A stretch of DNA of 64,000 bases from Snowella sp. GTDB taxonomy: Bacteria; Cyanobacteriota; Cyanobacteriia; Cyanobacteriales; Microcystaceae. Below, in pieces: positions 1-9,140 of the stretch; positions within the stretch are counted from its first letter, which is position 1, and each line of letters starts with the position of its first letter. The DNA is taken from the NCBI GenBank assembly GCA_035285545.1, contig JAYKGY010000128.1, positions 41,627-105,626 of the forward strand, read 5' to 3'. Made by a program: the position numbers and the translations under genes. The notes under the pieces are model-generated. The model had not been told where the DNA came from, made no database searches, and saw nothing but the letters and a program-made list of their open reading frames with translations.

Positions 1-763
1 ACTCAAATTCTTTACTTTTATTACCTTCAATTCGATGCCATTGGGCTTTAAGTTCCCAATATTCTCTTGCTATCTCCCAGTCAGAGTTAAGCTCCGCAAG
101 GTTAGCTAAGATTTCTGATAATGCAGAATACTTACTTGAATCACCTAACTTCTTCTCAACTAAAAGCTCCATTAATTTTGCTGGCAGCCATAAAGAGTCT
201 TCTTCCTTATGATGATCAAGTACATCTTCAATATACTTAAAAATTTTATCTTTTTTAGCTGGATCGTTAATTTGATATGCTAAACAAAATGCTCTTTGGA
301 TTGGCTCAAAACGTCGTAGCCAGCATTGAACATTTGGAAATTTAGCAGATTCTAAGTAACTATCAATAGCTAATTTAGCCATTTCTTGACATTTGTTTGT
401 AGGAAATTTTTTAATCCATAAAATATCTGCAATTCTAGCCGTTAACTCTGAAAATCTGCTATCAGAAATTTCATGAACAATTTCAAATAAAAAGTTTAAT
501 TCTGCCTGACTGAGAGTTTCAAAAACTTCTAAAGGATGCTCCTCACTTTTTCCATCTGGAGGAATTACAGAAAAAGTAATTCGTGCTAATAACTCAAAAA
601 CGTTTTTTTCTCTAACATTGCCTTGTGTTTCGGCCACTTGAGCTTTTTTTCTAAAGGCTTGCCAGTAATCAAGCCATCCGCGATCGCCACTATTGATAAC
701 AACGTCTTGCCAGCTAGAATTCAGAAAATCATCTTTATTTAGAAGAGGATCGGGAGGAGACAT
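1..763 (-). CDS. DUF4209-like protein, N-terminal part (runs off the left edge; absent from the ORF track)
   Basis: ATG at 763; frame open to position 1 (MSPPDPLLNKDDF...ARIADILW...MAKLAIDSYLESA...AREYWELKAQW); resembles the N-terminus of DUF4209-family proteins; AT-rich. Confidence 0.6.
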   Translation of the reverse strand, partial: MSPPDPLLNKDDFLNSSWQDVVINSGDRGWLDYWQAFRKKAQVAETQGNVREKNVFELLARITFSVIPPDGKSEEHPLEVFETLSQAELNFLFEIVHEISDSRFSELTARIADILWIKKFPTNKCQEMAKLAIDSYLESAKFPNVQCWLRRFEPIQRAFCLAYQINDPAKKDKIFKYIEDVLDHHKEEDSLWLPAKLMELLVEKKLGDSSKYSALSEILANLAELNSDWEIAREYWELKAQWHRIEGNKSKEFE

Positions 764-879
764 CGTTTAAACCTCAAGTTTTACTGCCAGTTTAACATCT
801 AATTTTGATGGCAATTATTAGCTAATTTTCGACACAAAGGAAAATTGCATTAAAAAAGCGATCGCGAATTTGATAGTAG

Positions 880-1782
880 CTATTTACTAGCTCCAGCTAA
901 GCGATCTTGGTTAGCCGCTAAAGGAAAGCCTAAAGATTCCCGTTGTTCTAAATATAAATGGGCAACTTCTCTAGCCAGATTACGAATTCTGCCGATATAG
1001 CGAGTCCGTTCAGTCACTGCAATCACGCCCCTAGCATCCAACAAATTGAAAGAATGGGAGCATTTGAGGACATATTCTAAGCTGGGCAACACTAAACCCC
1101 GTTCAATCAGTTGTTTCGCCTCTTGTTCATAGAGACTGAATAGGTTTAACAACAACTCTGGATTAGAGGCTTCAAAATTGTAAGTACATTGCTCAATTTC
1201 CCCTTGCCAGAAAATATCCCCGTATTGAATCTGGTCATTCCATTGAATCTTATTAATTGCATCCACGCTTTGGAGATACATGGCTAACCGTTCTAACCCA
1301 TAGGTAATTTCGATAGACACAGGCCGACAATCAATCCCCCCACACTGCTGAAAATAGGTAAATTGGGTCACTTCCATGCCATCGAGCCAGACCTCCCAAC
1401 CTACGCCCCAGGCCCCCAACGTGGGGGATTCCCAGTTATCTTCGACGAAACGAATATCGTGGTCTTCGGGGTGGATCCCTAAAGCGCGGAGGGAATCTAA
1501 ATAAATTTCTTGAATATTATCGGGAGAAGGCTTAATTAAGACCTGATACTGAAAATAGTGTTGGACTCGATTGGGATTTTCACCATAACGCCCATCAGTG
1601 GGGCGGCGGCAGGGTTCGACGTAGGCAACTGACCAAGGTTCTGGGCCGATCGCTCTTAAAAACGTATGGGGACTCATGGTTCCTGCGCCTTTTTCCGTAT
1701 CAAAGGGTTGGGCAATCAGGCATCCCCGCGCACTCCAAAACTCATGTAATTGAGCGATGATGGCCTGAAAGTTGATTGTCAT
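880..1782 (-). CDS. glyQ: Glycine--tRNA ligase alpha subunit
   Basis: [49 protein letters not shown] motifs. Confidence 0.98.
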   Translation of the reverse strand: MTINFQAIIAQLHEFWSARGCLIAQPFDTEKGAGTMSPHTFLRAIGPEPWSVAYVEPCRRPTDGRYGENPNRVQHYFQYQVLIKPSPDNIQEIYLDSLRALGIHPEDHDIRFVEDNWESPTLGAWGVGWEVWLDGMEVTQFTYFQQCGGIDCRPVSIEITYGLERLAMYLQSVDAINKIQWNDQIQYGDIFWQGEIEQCTYNFEASNPELLLNLFSLYEQEAKQLIERGLVLPSLEYVLKCSHSFNLLDARGVIAVTERTRYIGRIRNLAREVAHLYLEQRESLGFPLAANQDRLAGASK

Positions 1783-1958
1783 TGGGGCTACTCCTCTCCC
1801 GGATATTGCTTTGTCTATTCTCTCCCAGAACGCTTCCTTTGTCTGGTGAACTTGACAAAACTATCAAATTACGTAATTTTTTTAGTGTATCAATTCAGTT
1901 ATTATGAAACCAAGATTCTGAAGATAATCAACCAAAAGCATTATTATCCCTAAAAATT

Positions 1959-2174
1959 ATGGCTGAATTTGATATGGGTTTGCCAAGTGTACGGCAAGTT
2001 CAGGAAATGATCAAAGCGCAAAAAGAAGTTGAAGCAAAACTTGTGACCAATGATCTCCTAAGCGGTAAAATTCGATGGCAAGACCCCCATTGTATTTGTT
2101 TGATCAATCAATCTAATGAACCGATCGTGATTTGGCGGCACTCTCTTGTTTTTTTAAAACCTAAATCTATTTGA
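1959..2174 (+). CDS. hfq: Cyanobacterial Hfq-like protein
   Basis: 71 aa, GLPSVRQVQ...KLVTNDLLSGKIRWQD, typical of cyanobacterial Hfq. Confidence 0.9.
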   Translation: MAEFDMGLPSVRQVQEMIKAQKEVEAKLVTNDLLSGKIRWQDPHCICLINQSNEPIVIWRHSLVFLKPKSI

Positions 2175-2385
2175 GAGAGAATCAACGAAGAAATCTTTAA
2201 CAATCATGGAAATATTTAATTATTCAAATGGTGTTTATTGCTTATTGAATCTAAGAAGATGAATCAATGTTAATCCCTTATTCAATCATCAATCCCCAAC
2301 TTTTCCATTTTCATTCAAAGATTGACCTCTTTATTGTTAATCAGTTTCAGTAATTATCAAAACAATCATTCCCTTACCAGCCACC

Positions 2386-2907
2386 ATGAGTATTCAACAA
2401 ATTGTTCATCAAGCCTTAACAGACGGTTTTCTTACCCCCACGATGGAAGCAGAAGTTGGACGAATCTGTGAAGGCGCTTCTGAATTGTCCCTCGAAGAGT
2501 ATATGGCTCTAGATCAATTGATGGGAGCTTTGTTGACGGGGGAAGTGGTGGCTATGCCCCATAAGCAATTTATTAATGTTATGGAAGAGTTAGTGGTCAG
2601 TGAAGTGATCACTCAAGTGGCAGAATTATCATTGCCGTTACAACGGAACCTAGATGTTTCCGATATTGCTGCCTATGCCCTCAATCGTCTTCCTCCCCTT
2701 TATGCGACCTCCGAGGAAGGGGCTACCTATCAACGCGATCGCGCCCAAACCGAATTGAAACCGCTCATTCATGAGCAAGTCAAAGAAGGAATTAACCGCT
2801 TTCTTGACCGTCCCAGCATTCCGGATCGCAATCCTCTGGACAAACCCGTGCGTAAAGATCTGCTCGAACAAGTCAGTGGCTTATTAAAATCCTTTGCTCC
2901 CGATTAA
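2386..2907 (+). CDS. ComFB (late competence development) family protein, putative cyclic-dinucleotide receptor
   Basis: FINVMEELV...DIAAYALNRLPPLYATSEEG ComFB signature. Confidence 0.88.
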   Translation: MSIQQIVHQALTDGFLTPTMEAEVGRICEGASELSLEEYMALDQLMGALLTGEVVAMPHKQFINVMEELVVSEVITQVAELSLPLQRNLDVSDIAAYALNRLPPLYATSEEGATYQRDRAQTELKPLIHEQVKEGINRFLDRPSIPDRNPLDKPVRKDLLEQVSGLLKSFAPD

Positions 2908-3074
2908 AGCCATTGCAAAAGAAGGAAATCTAATCTAAGTTTTGTTCACTCTATACAGAATAGTTAGAGAAAATCTGATAAATTCCTGTCCGTCAATCTT
3001 TTTCTCAACCGCCTCAGTTGAGTCACAAGATCAAAAACGTTAATATCTGTGTTAAAAATTTCTTGGCTCGTCTT

Positions 3075-3104
3075 GGAACCTTTTTATGGGATATTAGCGT
3101 CTAA
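3075..3104 (+). promoter_or_regulatory. Putative ECF sigma promoter (GGAACC ... GTCTAA) upstream of sigG
   Basis: GGAACC 3075-3080 and GTCTAA 3099-3104, 41 nt before the ATG; same motif precedes sigH. Confidence 0.6.
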
Positions 3105-3145
3105 TTTAACTTAGATGTGAGGAGTAATTTTAATTGGATAATCCC

Positions 3146-3799
3146 ATGAGTCAAGCGTTTTCAGCATCATGGTTACGGATTGAGGTCACTCAACCTCAAG
3201 TTTCCCTATCCCCTGATAAACTTTCCAGTTACGATTTAATTCTTCGCTGCCAAGAAGGACTCCATCCGGATCGAGCAGCGTTTGATGAATTATTACGCCG
3301 TTATCAATCCCACGTTGACAAAATCCTCTACCATCTTGCCCCCGATTGGCAGGATCGGGCTGATTTAGCCCAGGAAGTTTGGATTCGGGTTTATCGCAAT
3401 ATTAAACGCCTCAACGAGCCGGTGAAGTTTCGCGGTTGGTTAAGTCGCATTGCTACTAATCTTTTTTATGATGAGTTACGTAAACGCAAGCGCGTCAGCC
3501 ACCCCATTTCTCTGGATGCTCCCCGTCGTGTCGAAGATGGTGAAATCGATTGGGATATTGTTTCGGATTACCCTAGCCCCGATGATACCTTGGCAACACG
3601 GGAATTTTACGAGCGTCTTAGAAGCGCGATCGCCGATTTACCCGAAGCGTTTAGAACGACCATTATTTTGAGAGAAATTGATGGGCTTGCCTACGAAGAA
3701 ATTGCTGAAATGACCGGCGTTTCCTTGGGAACTGTCAAATCCCGTATTGCCAGAGCGCGGGCTAAACTACAATCGGTTTTACAGCAATATTTAGATTAA
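3146..3799 (+). CDS. sigG: ECF RNA polymerase sigma factor (SigG-like)
   Basis: DLAQEVWIRVY region 2, WLSRIATNLFYD, LGTVKSRIARAR region 4; followed by anti-sigma; ATG 3146 preferred over TTG 3134. Confidence 0.85.
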   Translation: MSQAFSASWLRIEVTQPQVSLSPDKLSSYDLILRCQEGLHPDRAAFDELLRRYQSHVDKILYHLAPDWQDRADLAQEVWIRVYRNIKRLNEPVKFRGWLSRIATNLFYDELRKRKRVSHPISLDAPRRVEDGEIDWDIVSDYPSPDDTLATREFYERLRSAIADLPEAFRTTIILREIDGLAYEEIAEMTGVSLGTVKSRIARARAKLQSVLQQYLD

Positions 3800-3907
3800 T
3801 ATAGGGGTTAGGGAAACCTATTATCAGGTGAGGAGTATGGTTGCTAATTTCGGTTTGGGAAAATTTCCCAGCCTTCCGTTGTCATCTCGCTCTACCGAGA
3901 GGTTATT

Positions 3908-4384
3908 ATGAAGTCGGAATTTCATTATTACGAAGGGTCTGAAGAGGATTTGCTTTATTCAGACGAAGGAATCGGGCGTTTTGAATTATTAAGTGCTTAT
4001 TTAGACGGAGAAGTTACGGCAGAAGAACGTCGTCAAGTTCAAGAATGGTTAGATACCGATCCCAAATTAAAACAAACCTATCTGAAATTATTGCGCCTAC
4101 AGCAAGGAATTCCTCAAATTACGCCGCCTACCCCTTCTATTTCTGCCCATCAATTATCCGAACGGGTCTTTTCCCAAATTGATCGAGAACAACAACGACT
4201 TCGTTTATTAGTCTGTGGGGGGTTAGCCGCGGCTGCGTTAGGGGTGTTTGCCGTTTCTAACGGTGTCATGGAAATCTTAAATCCTTTCCGTCCGAGTCTG
4301 CAATCGGCGTTTTTAGAGGTTGAATCTGAACCTTTACAAATTGCGTTAAATCAACCCATTTTTGAGATCCCCGTTGAGCAATAG
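3908..4384 (+). CDS. Membrane anti-sigma factor
   Basis: FELLSAYLDGE anti-sigma motif, one TM helix, downstream of the ECF sigma. Confidence 0.85.
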   Translation: MKSEFHYYEGSEEDLLYSDEGIGRFELLSAYLDGEVTAEERRQVQEWLDTDPKLKQTYLKLLRLQQGIPQITPPTPSISAHQLSERVFSQIDREQQRLRLLVCGGLAAAALGVFAVSNGVMEILNPFRPSLQSAFLEVESEPLQIALNQPIFEIPVEQ

Positions 4385-4386
4385 TC

Positions 4387-4806
4387 TCATTTTGAAAAAG
4401 GCTTTTTGGGGTCTGTCAATTCTGTCCAGCAACCGGAAGGCAGATACATTCCTTGAAAAGCTTTGATTTTTTCAGGAGTCATCACGTAACCCCAAGCTTC
4501 CCCTAAGTAGTGATCCTCTAGGTCATAAATGGGGATCAATTGACGTTGGTATTCATTTTGCTCTGGTTTAACCTGGGGATCGTAGGTTTCCAATTCATCC
4601 AATTCCGCTAAGACGGATTGATCCGCAAAGGTCAATAAATAGCCTGTGATTTTATCCTGCCCCGCTGTCATGCCGGGATAGCCGAGACAGAGATGATAGA
4701 GTTTGCCGTAGGTGTAGACTTTGTGTTCGGCGATCGCTTTCCCTTGACAATAGGTGGGATAGTTGCGCTCTCCAGGCTTGAGGGTTCCGTAAACAAAAAC
4801 GTTCAA
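4387..4806 (-). CDS. Gamma-glutamylcyclotransferase (AIG2-like)
   Basis: VFVYGTLKPG...LDELE motif. Confidence 0.88.
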   Translation of the reverse strand: MNVFVYGTLKPGERNYPTYCQGKAIAEHKVYTYGKLYHLCLGYPGMTAGQDKITGYLLTFADQSVLAELDELETYDPQVKPEQNEYQRQLIPIYDLEDHYLGEAWGYVMTPEKIKAFQGMYLPSGCWTELTDPKKPFSK

Positions 4807-4932
4807 CGTCTTTTTCGTGTTGGGTGAATTTAACCAATCCAGGGCTGACTATAGCACGTTCTGAGGAAGTAACCAACCTGAAAGGGGCTTTTATAATTTA
4901 AGTTACTGTTATACTCTGGCTGTGGATGACCT

Positions 4933-6537
4933 GTGAAATTTAAAGTTTTGATCTCCGCGATCGCGCCTTGGGCGACTTTCCTCAGTTGGGGAAGCATTAA
5001 CCCTGTTACGGCTCAGCAAGTTTCCTTGGGAGAACGGGGCATTAATGCAGAACGTTTACACTCAGCCCCCTATTTTCTCACGGGTAAAAAAATCGCCATT
5101 GGACAGTTAGAAATTGGTCGAGCCGCAAAATTTGGCTTTGATAAATTGGCCCGTTGGAAACCCAAATTTTCCCTAGCAGGGATATTGATCGGCGATCGCG
5201 CTGCCCACCCGAATAAAAATTTAGATAATCACGCCGCAATGGTGGCTTCCGTCATGGTGGGACGGGATAAACGTTTACCAGGGGTTGCCCCTGATGCTAG
5301 ACTTTTTGCCGCCGCGATCGGTTCTTTACAGCAGAATGCCCAACCGGAAGAATGTTTAACCACCCAAGCTTTGACCCAACAAAATGGGGGAGATCTCCGC
5401 GCCATTAATTTTAGTTTTGGGGAATCCCTCAGCCGTGATCCTCGATTTAAGGCAAAATTAGACGGCAATGCCCTATTAACCCAATGTATTGATTGGTTGG
5501 CCCGTACCCAGAACGTTTTATTTGTGATTGCAGGAAATCAGGGAGAAGGGGGCATTCCCATCCCAACGGATCACTATAATGGCGTTACGGTTGCCTATAC
5601 GACCCAACACAATCAACAATTTCGGAAGGTCGATTTCGCTAATTTGAGTAGTATTCCCCAGGGGATGGGGCGAAAAATTATTAAACAAGAAATTAATGAA
5701 AATAATCGGCGGGGAATTTCTTTGGTCGCGCCTGGCAATAAAATATCAACCTACAATATCAACGGAAAAATGACTCAAGTGAGTGGCACCAGTTTTGCGG
5801 CTCCCCACGTTACTGGCACAGTTGCACTCCTGCAAGAATTCGGCGATCGCCAACTCAGAACAAAAGCAGCCCACTGGAGCTTAGATTCTCGCCGCCATGA
5901 AGTGATGAAAGCCGTTTTGCTCAATTCGGCGGATAAATTACAAGATCAGGGTGATGGCAACCTACTGGGAATGAGCCGTACCCTCCTGACGAAACAGAAT
6001 AAAGACTGGCTAGATTCGGAAGCCTATGCCAATCCCGACATTCCCCTCGATATGGAAATGGGAGCAGGTCAACTGAATGCCTTTCGTGCCTATGAGCAAT
6101 TCAAAGCCGGACAATGGAAAGCGGCGCAAACCGTGCCTCCGGTCGGTTGGGATTATCACGCCTTAGTTCCCCAAGGGGTTCAGGAGTATGTTTTAGAAAA
6201 ACCCTTACAAGCAGGCAGTTATGCAGCAATTACCTTGACTTGGGATCGGTGGGTTGAACTCAACGATAAAAATGCCAATCAACGCTACGATCTCGGTGAA
6301 AGTTTTCGCGATCGCGGTTTAAATAATTTAGATATTTATTTGTTACCCCATAACGAAACCCAGATATCAAAGGCAATTTGTGCCTCTCGGAGTAGGGTAG
6401 ATAGCGTCGAACAGATTTTTTGTCCGATTCCGCAAACAGGACATTATAAAATTCGGGTGCAATATCGTGAGGCAAGGTATCCCGTGAACCAAACCTATGC
6501 CTTGAGTTGGTGGACAGTCGCCGCCAAAGCCCCCTAA
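4933..6537 (+). CDS. Secreted S8 (subtilisin-like) serine peptidase
   Basis: Signal-like N-terminus, HAAMVA, GTSFAAPHVTG catalytic Ser motif. Confidence 0.88.
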   Translation: MKFKVLISAIAPWATFLSWGSINPVTAQQVSLGERGINAERLHSAPYFLTGKKIAIGQLEIGRAAKFGFDKLARWKPKFSLAGILIGDRAAHPNKNLDNHAAMVASVMVGRDKRLPGVAPDARLFAAAIGSLQQNAQPEECLTTQALTQQNGGDLRAINFSFGESLSRDPRFKAKLDGNALLTQCIDWLARTQNVLFVIAGNQGEGGIPIPTDHYNGVTVAYTTQHNQQFRKVDFANLSSIPQGMGRKIIKQEINENNRRGISLVAPGNKISTYNINGKMTQVSGTSFAAPHVTGTVALLQEFGDRQLRTKAAHWSLDSRRHEVMKAVLLNSADKLQDQGDGNLLGMSRTLLTKQNKDWLDSEAYANPDIPLDMEMGAGQLNAFRAYEQFKAGQWKAAQTVPPVGWDYHALVPQGVQEYVLEKPLQAGSYAAITLTWDRWVELNDKNANQRYDLGESFRDRGLNNLDIYLLPHNETQISKAICASRSRVDSVEQIFCPIPQTGHYKIRVQYREARYPVNQTYALSWWTVAAKAP

Positions 6538-6630
6538 TATCTTGTTATGATCGACAATTTTGTCAATATCTCTCTTTTTCTGCGAATACCAGAATGTATT
6601 GATTTAAAACGCCCCCTTTCTCAATTCGAT

Positions 6631-7230
6631 TTAAAGCGGAACCAATTCAGGGAAATTAATTAAAACCTGTTCGTTGGTTAATTCATCCCCTAATTGGGCA
6701 GGCGAGAAATGAACTTGGATGGCTTCGAGTTTGTGTTGATAGTGCAGATTAATTAAGGCTTTAAGGCCATACTCTAGGGCTTCGCGATCGCCTAAATTGG
6801 TTTCGAGATCGGCCACTTCTCCGGTAAAAGCAACAGTGAGCATAACAACGATATTCGAGGTACTTGGCAGACTTAAGGGCAAATCGTCATCGTCCATTTC
6901 TTCCCCTGCTACTTCGGCGAGGTAACGTTGGGCGGAGTCGGTAAACAGTTCATTGACGAAATCCCCTGCTTCGCCTTCATTCCAAAAGACATCGCCTTCA
7001 TTGGCGGCGGATTCCCAATAGATCTTCATTTGCAGCAAACTTTGGCAGATTTCGACCAGCCCTTCTCCCGTAACCTCTAAATCGCCGTCGGATTCAATGC
7101 TATCGCGGCCTGCCTGGTTGAGAACCCCTAAAATGGGGGCAATTTCCTGTCCTCGGAGGTGAATAAAAATACGAGAGACGACATAGCGGGTGCGGCCTGT
7201 CATTTGGTTAAAGCGATCGCGGATTCCCAT
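6631..7230 (-). CDS. DUF1517 family protein
   Basis: Conserved cyanobacterial protein ending GDELTNEQVLINFPELVPL. Confidence 0.75.
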   Translation of the reverse strand: MGIRDRFNQMTGRTRYVVSRIFIHLRGQEIAPILGVLNQAGRDSIESDGDLEVTGEGLVEICQSLLQMKIYWESAANEGDVFWNEGEAGDFVNELFTDSAQRYLAEVAGEEMDDDDLPLSLPSTSNIVVMLTVAFTGEVADLETNLGDREALEYGLKALINLHYQHKLEAIQVHFSPAQLGDELTNEQVLINFPELVPL

Positions 7231-7247
7231 AATGATCTCCAAAAAGC

Positions 7248-7832
7248 TTATTGAGGAACCAATTCACTATTAAATTCGTTAAAGGTGCGTACCTTCAATT
7301 CTACCGACTCAGAACGGGGCAACAAATTAAATTCTTTGCGGAGCACATCATCCACTTCTTCAAACTTGACGACCCCTTTACCGTTGTAAATCACTTTTTT
7401 ATTGGCTCCTAACACCACCGTTTGGGGGATAACGCCTTGATAATAATAGCCCGGTTCATCAGGACGATAGGAAGATTTGAGGGGAATGGAATCGACACTA
7501 ACGGGAATAATGCTGGCTGCCCGACCATAGAATTCTTGAATACGGGAAACAATAAAGGCAAATTGTTTGCAATCGCTACTATCGTCGAGATAATAAACCA
7601 AAACTGCCGGAAGCTTGCGATCAAAGGTTTCAGGCAAACTTAAACGGGGGGGAACCAAGGAACCATTCCCCGCATAAACCACAAAAATATTGCCGTCTAA
7701 GCGATCATCATCAATGCTAGCTTGAGCAGGCGAGGTACTCAATAGCCAAAAACTCAGGGCAAAGGCAATCACCAGCGCAATTAAGGACTGTAGGGAGAGA
7801 CTTTTTACAAACGTTAGACGGTTCAGATTCAT
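7248..7832 (-). CDS. Thylakoid thioredoxin-like protein (photosystem I accumulation factor family)
   Basis: Signal/TM segment, DDRLDGNIFVVYAGNGSLVPP, DDSSDCK (SxxC); ATG 7832 preferred. Confidence 0.75.
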   Translation of the reverse strand: MNLNRLTFVKSLSLQSLIALVIAFALSFWLLSTSPAQASIDDDRLDGNIFVVYAGNGSLVPPRLSLPETFDRKLPAVLVYYLDDSSDCKQFAFIVSRIQEFYGRAASIIPVSVDSIPLKSSYRPDEPGYYYQGVIPQTVVLGANKKVIYNGKGVVKFEEVDDVLRKEFNLLPRSESVELKVRTFNEFNSELVPQ

Positions 7833-7894
7833 TGTTAACTTAAAAAAAAACTTCGTTAAAATATTTAAAAACAAACGCGAGATTAGGAAGTCTG

Positions 7895-8434
7895 GTGACT
7901 CAACAACGAGCGACCTCACAGTCAAGATCCCGATCAATTCCCCTAAAAGACGCATTAACCAATAGTCATTATGCTATGTTAGGGCTGCATCCGTCTGCGA
8001 CTGTCATTGAAATTCGACGAGCCTATCGGGAATTGAGCAAAGCCTATCACCCCGATACCACTACTTTACCGTCTGAAGTGGCGACTCGTCAGTTTCAGCA
8101 GTTAAATGAAGCCTATGCCATTCTCAGTAATCCTGAGCGGCGATCGCTGTACGATTTGCAGATTGGTTATTCCCGTTGGAATGTGATCCAAGTTCCGACC
8201 CATCTTCAACAATCCGAACCCGAAACTCGGAAAACATCGAATGTGGCCTATTTAGACCCTACGGATCGTCCGTTATCGGCGGGAGAAATTTTTTCCTTGG
8301 TTTTACTAGCTTTAACGCTTTTAGGGTGTCTGGGGTTAGCATTCGCGATCGCCTGGTTGCGGGGTGATCCGTTGGAAGTGGCAGCCAGTTTACCGAGTTG
8401 GAATATACCGGAAATATTTGTATGGATTTCCTGA
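7895..8434 (+). CDS. DnaJ-domain membrane protein
   Basis: HYAMLGL...YHPD J-domain plus C-terminal TM. Confidence 0.88.
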   Translation: MTQQRATSQSRSRSIPLKDALTNSHYAMLGLHPSATVIEIRRAYRELSKAYHPDTTTLPSEVATRQFQQLNEAYAILSNPERRSLYDLQIGYSRWNVIQVPTHLQQSEPETRKTSNVAYLDPTDRPLSAGEIFSLVLLALTLLGCLGLAFAIAWLRGDPLEVAASLPSWNIPEIFVWIS

Positions 8435-8469
8435 ATTTTTTAAGAAACTGTTTGTTAAAGTCTTATTTT

Positions 8470-8539
8470 GCCCCCTAAATCCCTCAACACTGGGGGACTT
8501 TTTACGATTTTTCCTCCAACTTTGGGGGGTCAGGGGGGC
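8470..8539. repeat. Cyanobacterial REP-like dispersed element
   Basis: GCCCCCTAAATCCCTCAA...TGGGGGACTT...TTGGGGGGTCAGGGGGGC imperfect inverted repeats; partial copy CCCCTAAATCCCC near 9102. Confidence 0.6.
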
Positions 8540-8617
8540 TTTTCAAACATACTCTAATCCTCTAAAATGCCTTAAAATATCTATCCAGCGTGTGATCTAG
8601 ATTTAAATTCTGACCCT

Positions 8618-8890
8618 ATGGATCTTCCTTCGGCTGATACTCCCCTCTACAACCATCCCCTGTCTAGCATTGAGAATTGGTTAATTAATCTTGGTTGTCA
8701 ACAAGATCCCCAAAATCGCCACTGTTGGCAGGTTAAATATCCCGCTTGGCAAGCCGAGCTAAGTTTAGATATTGAAGAATTGACGGTGCGTTACTTTCAA
8801 GGGGAATCGGGGGAAAATGATATTAGACGAACCTTTAAGTATTCGCTTAGTCGTCAAGACATTGAAGATGCCGTCTTCTCAGGGCCTTAG
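8618..8890 (+). CDS. DUF3143 family protein
   Basis: TPLYNHPL...YSLSRQDIEDAVFSGP. Confidence 0.85.
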   Translation: MDLPSADTPLYNHPLSSIENWLINLGCQQDPQNRHCWQVKYPAWQAELSLDIEELTVRYFQGESGENDIRRTFKYSLSRQDIEDAVFSGP

Positions 8891-9140
8891 TTATAAATAA
8901 ATATTTCAAGATTTCAAGCTTAAAATCCATTAGTTATATTGGGAATAGAAGCCTTAACTTCCTAGCCGCTTATGATGAGCCGCTTTGGAGCTTTTCTCTT
9001 TAATTAAAAGTCCTATATTTTCCCGTTTCGCTGTTTTTGACATCCGGCGATCGCGGACGATATTTGACTGCTTCTAAATTAAGAATAAGCCTAGATTTTT
9101 ACCCCTAAATCCCCTAATAATCCCTTACCCGTTACTCAAC

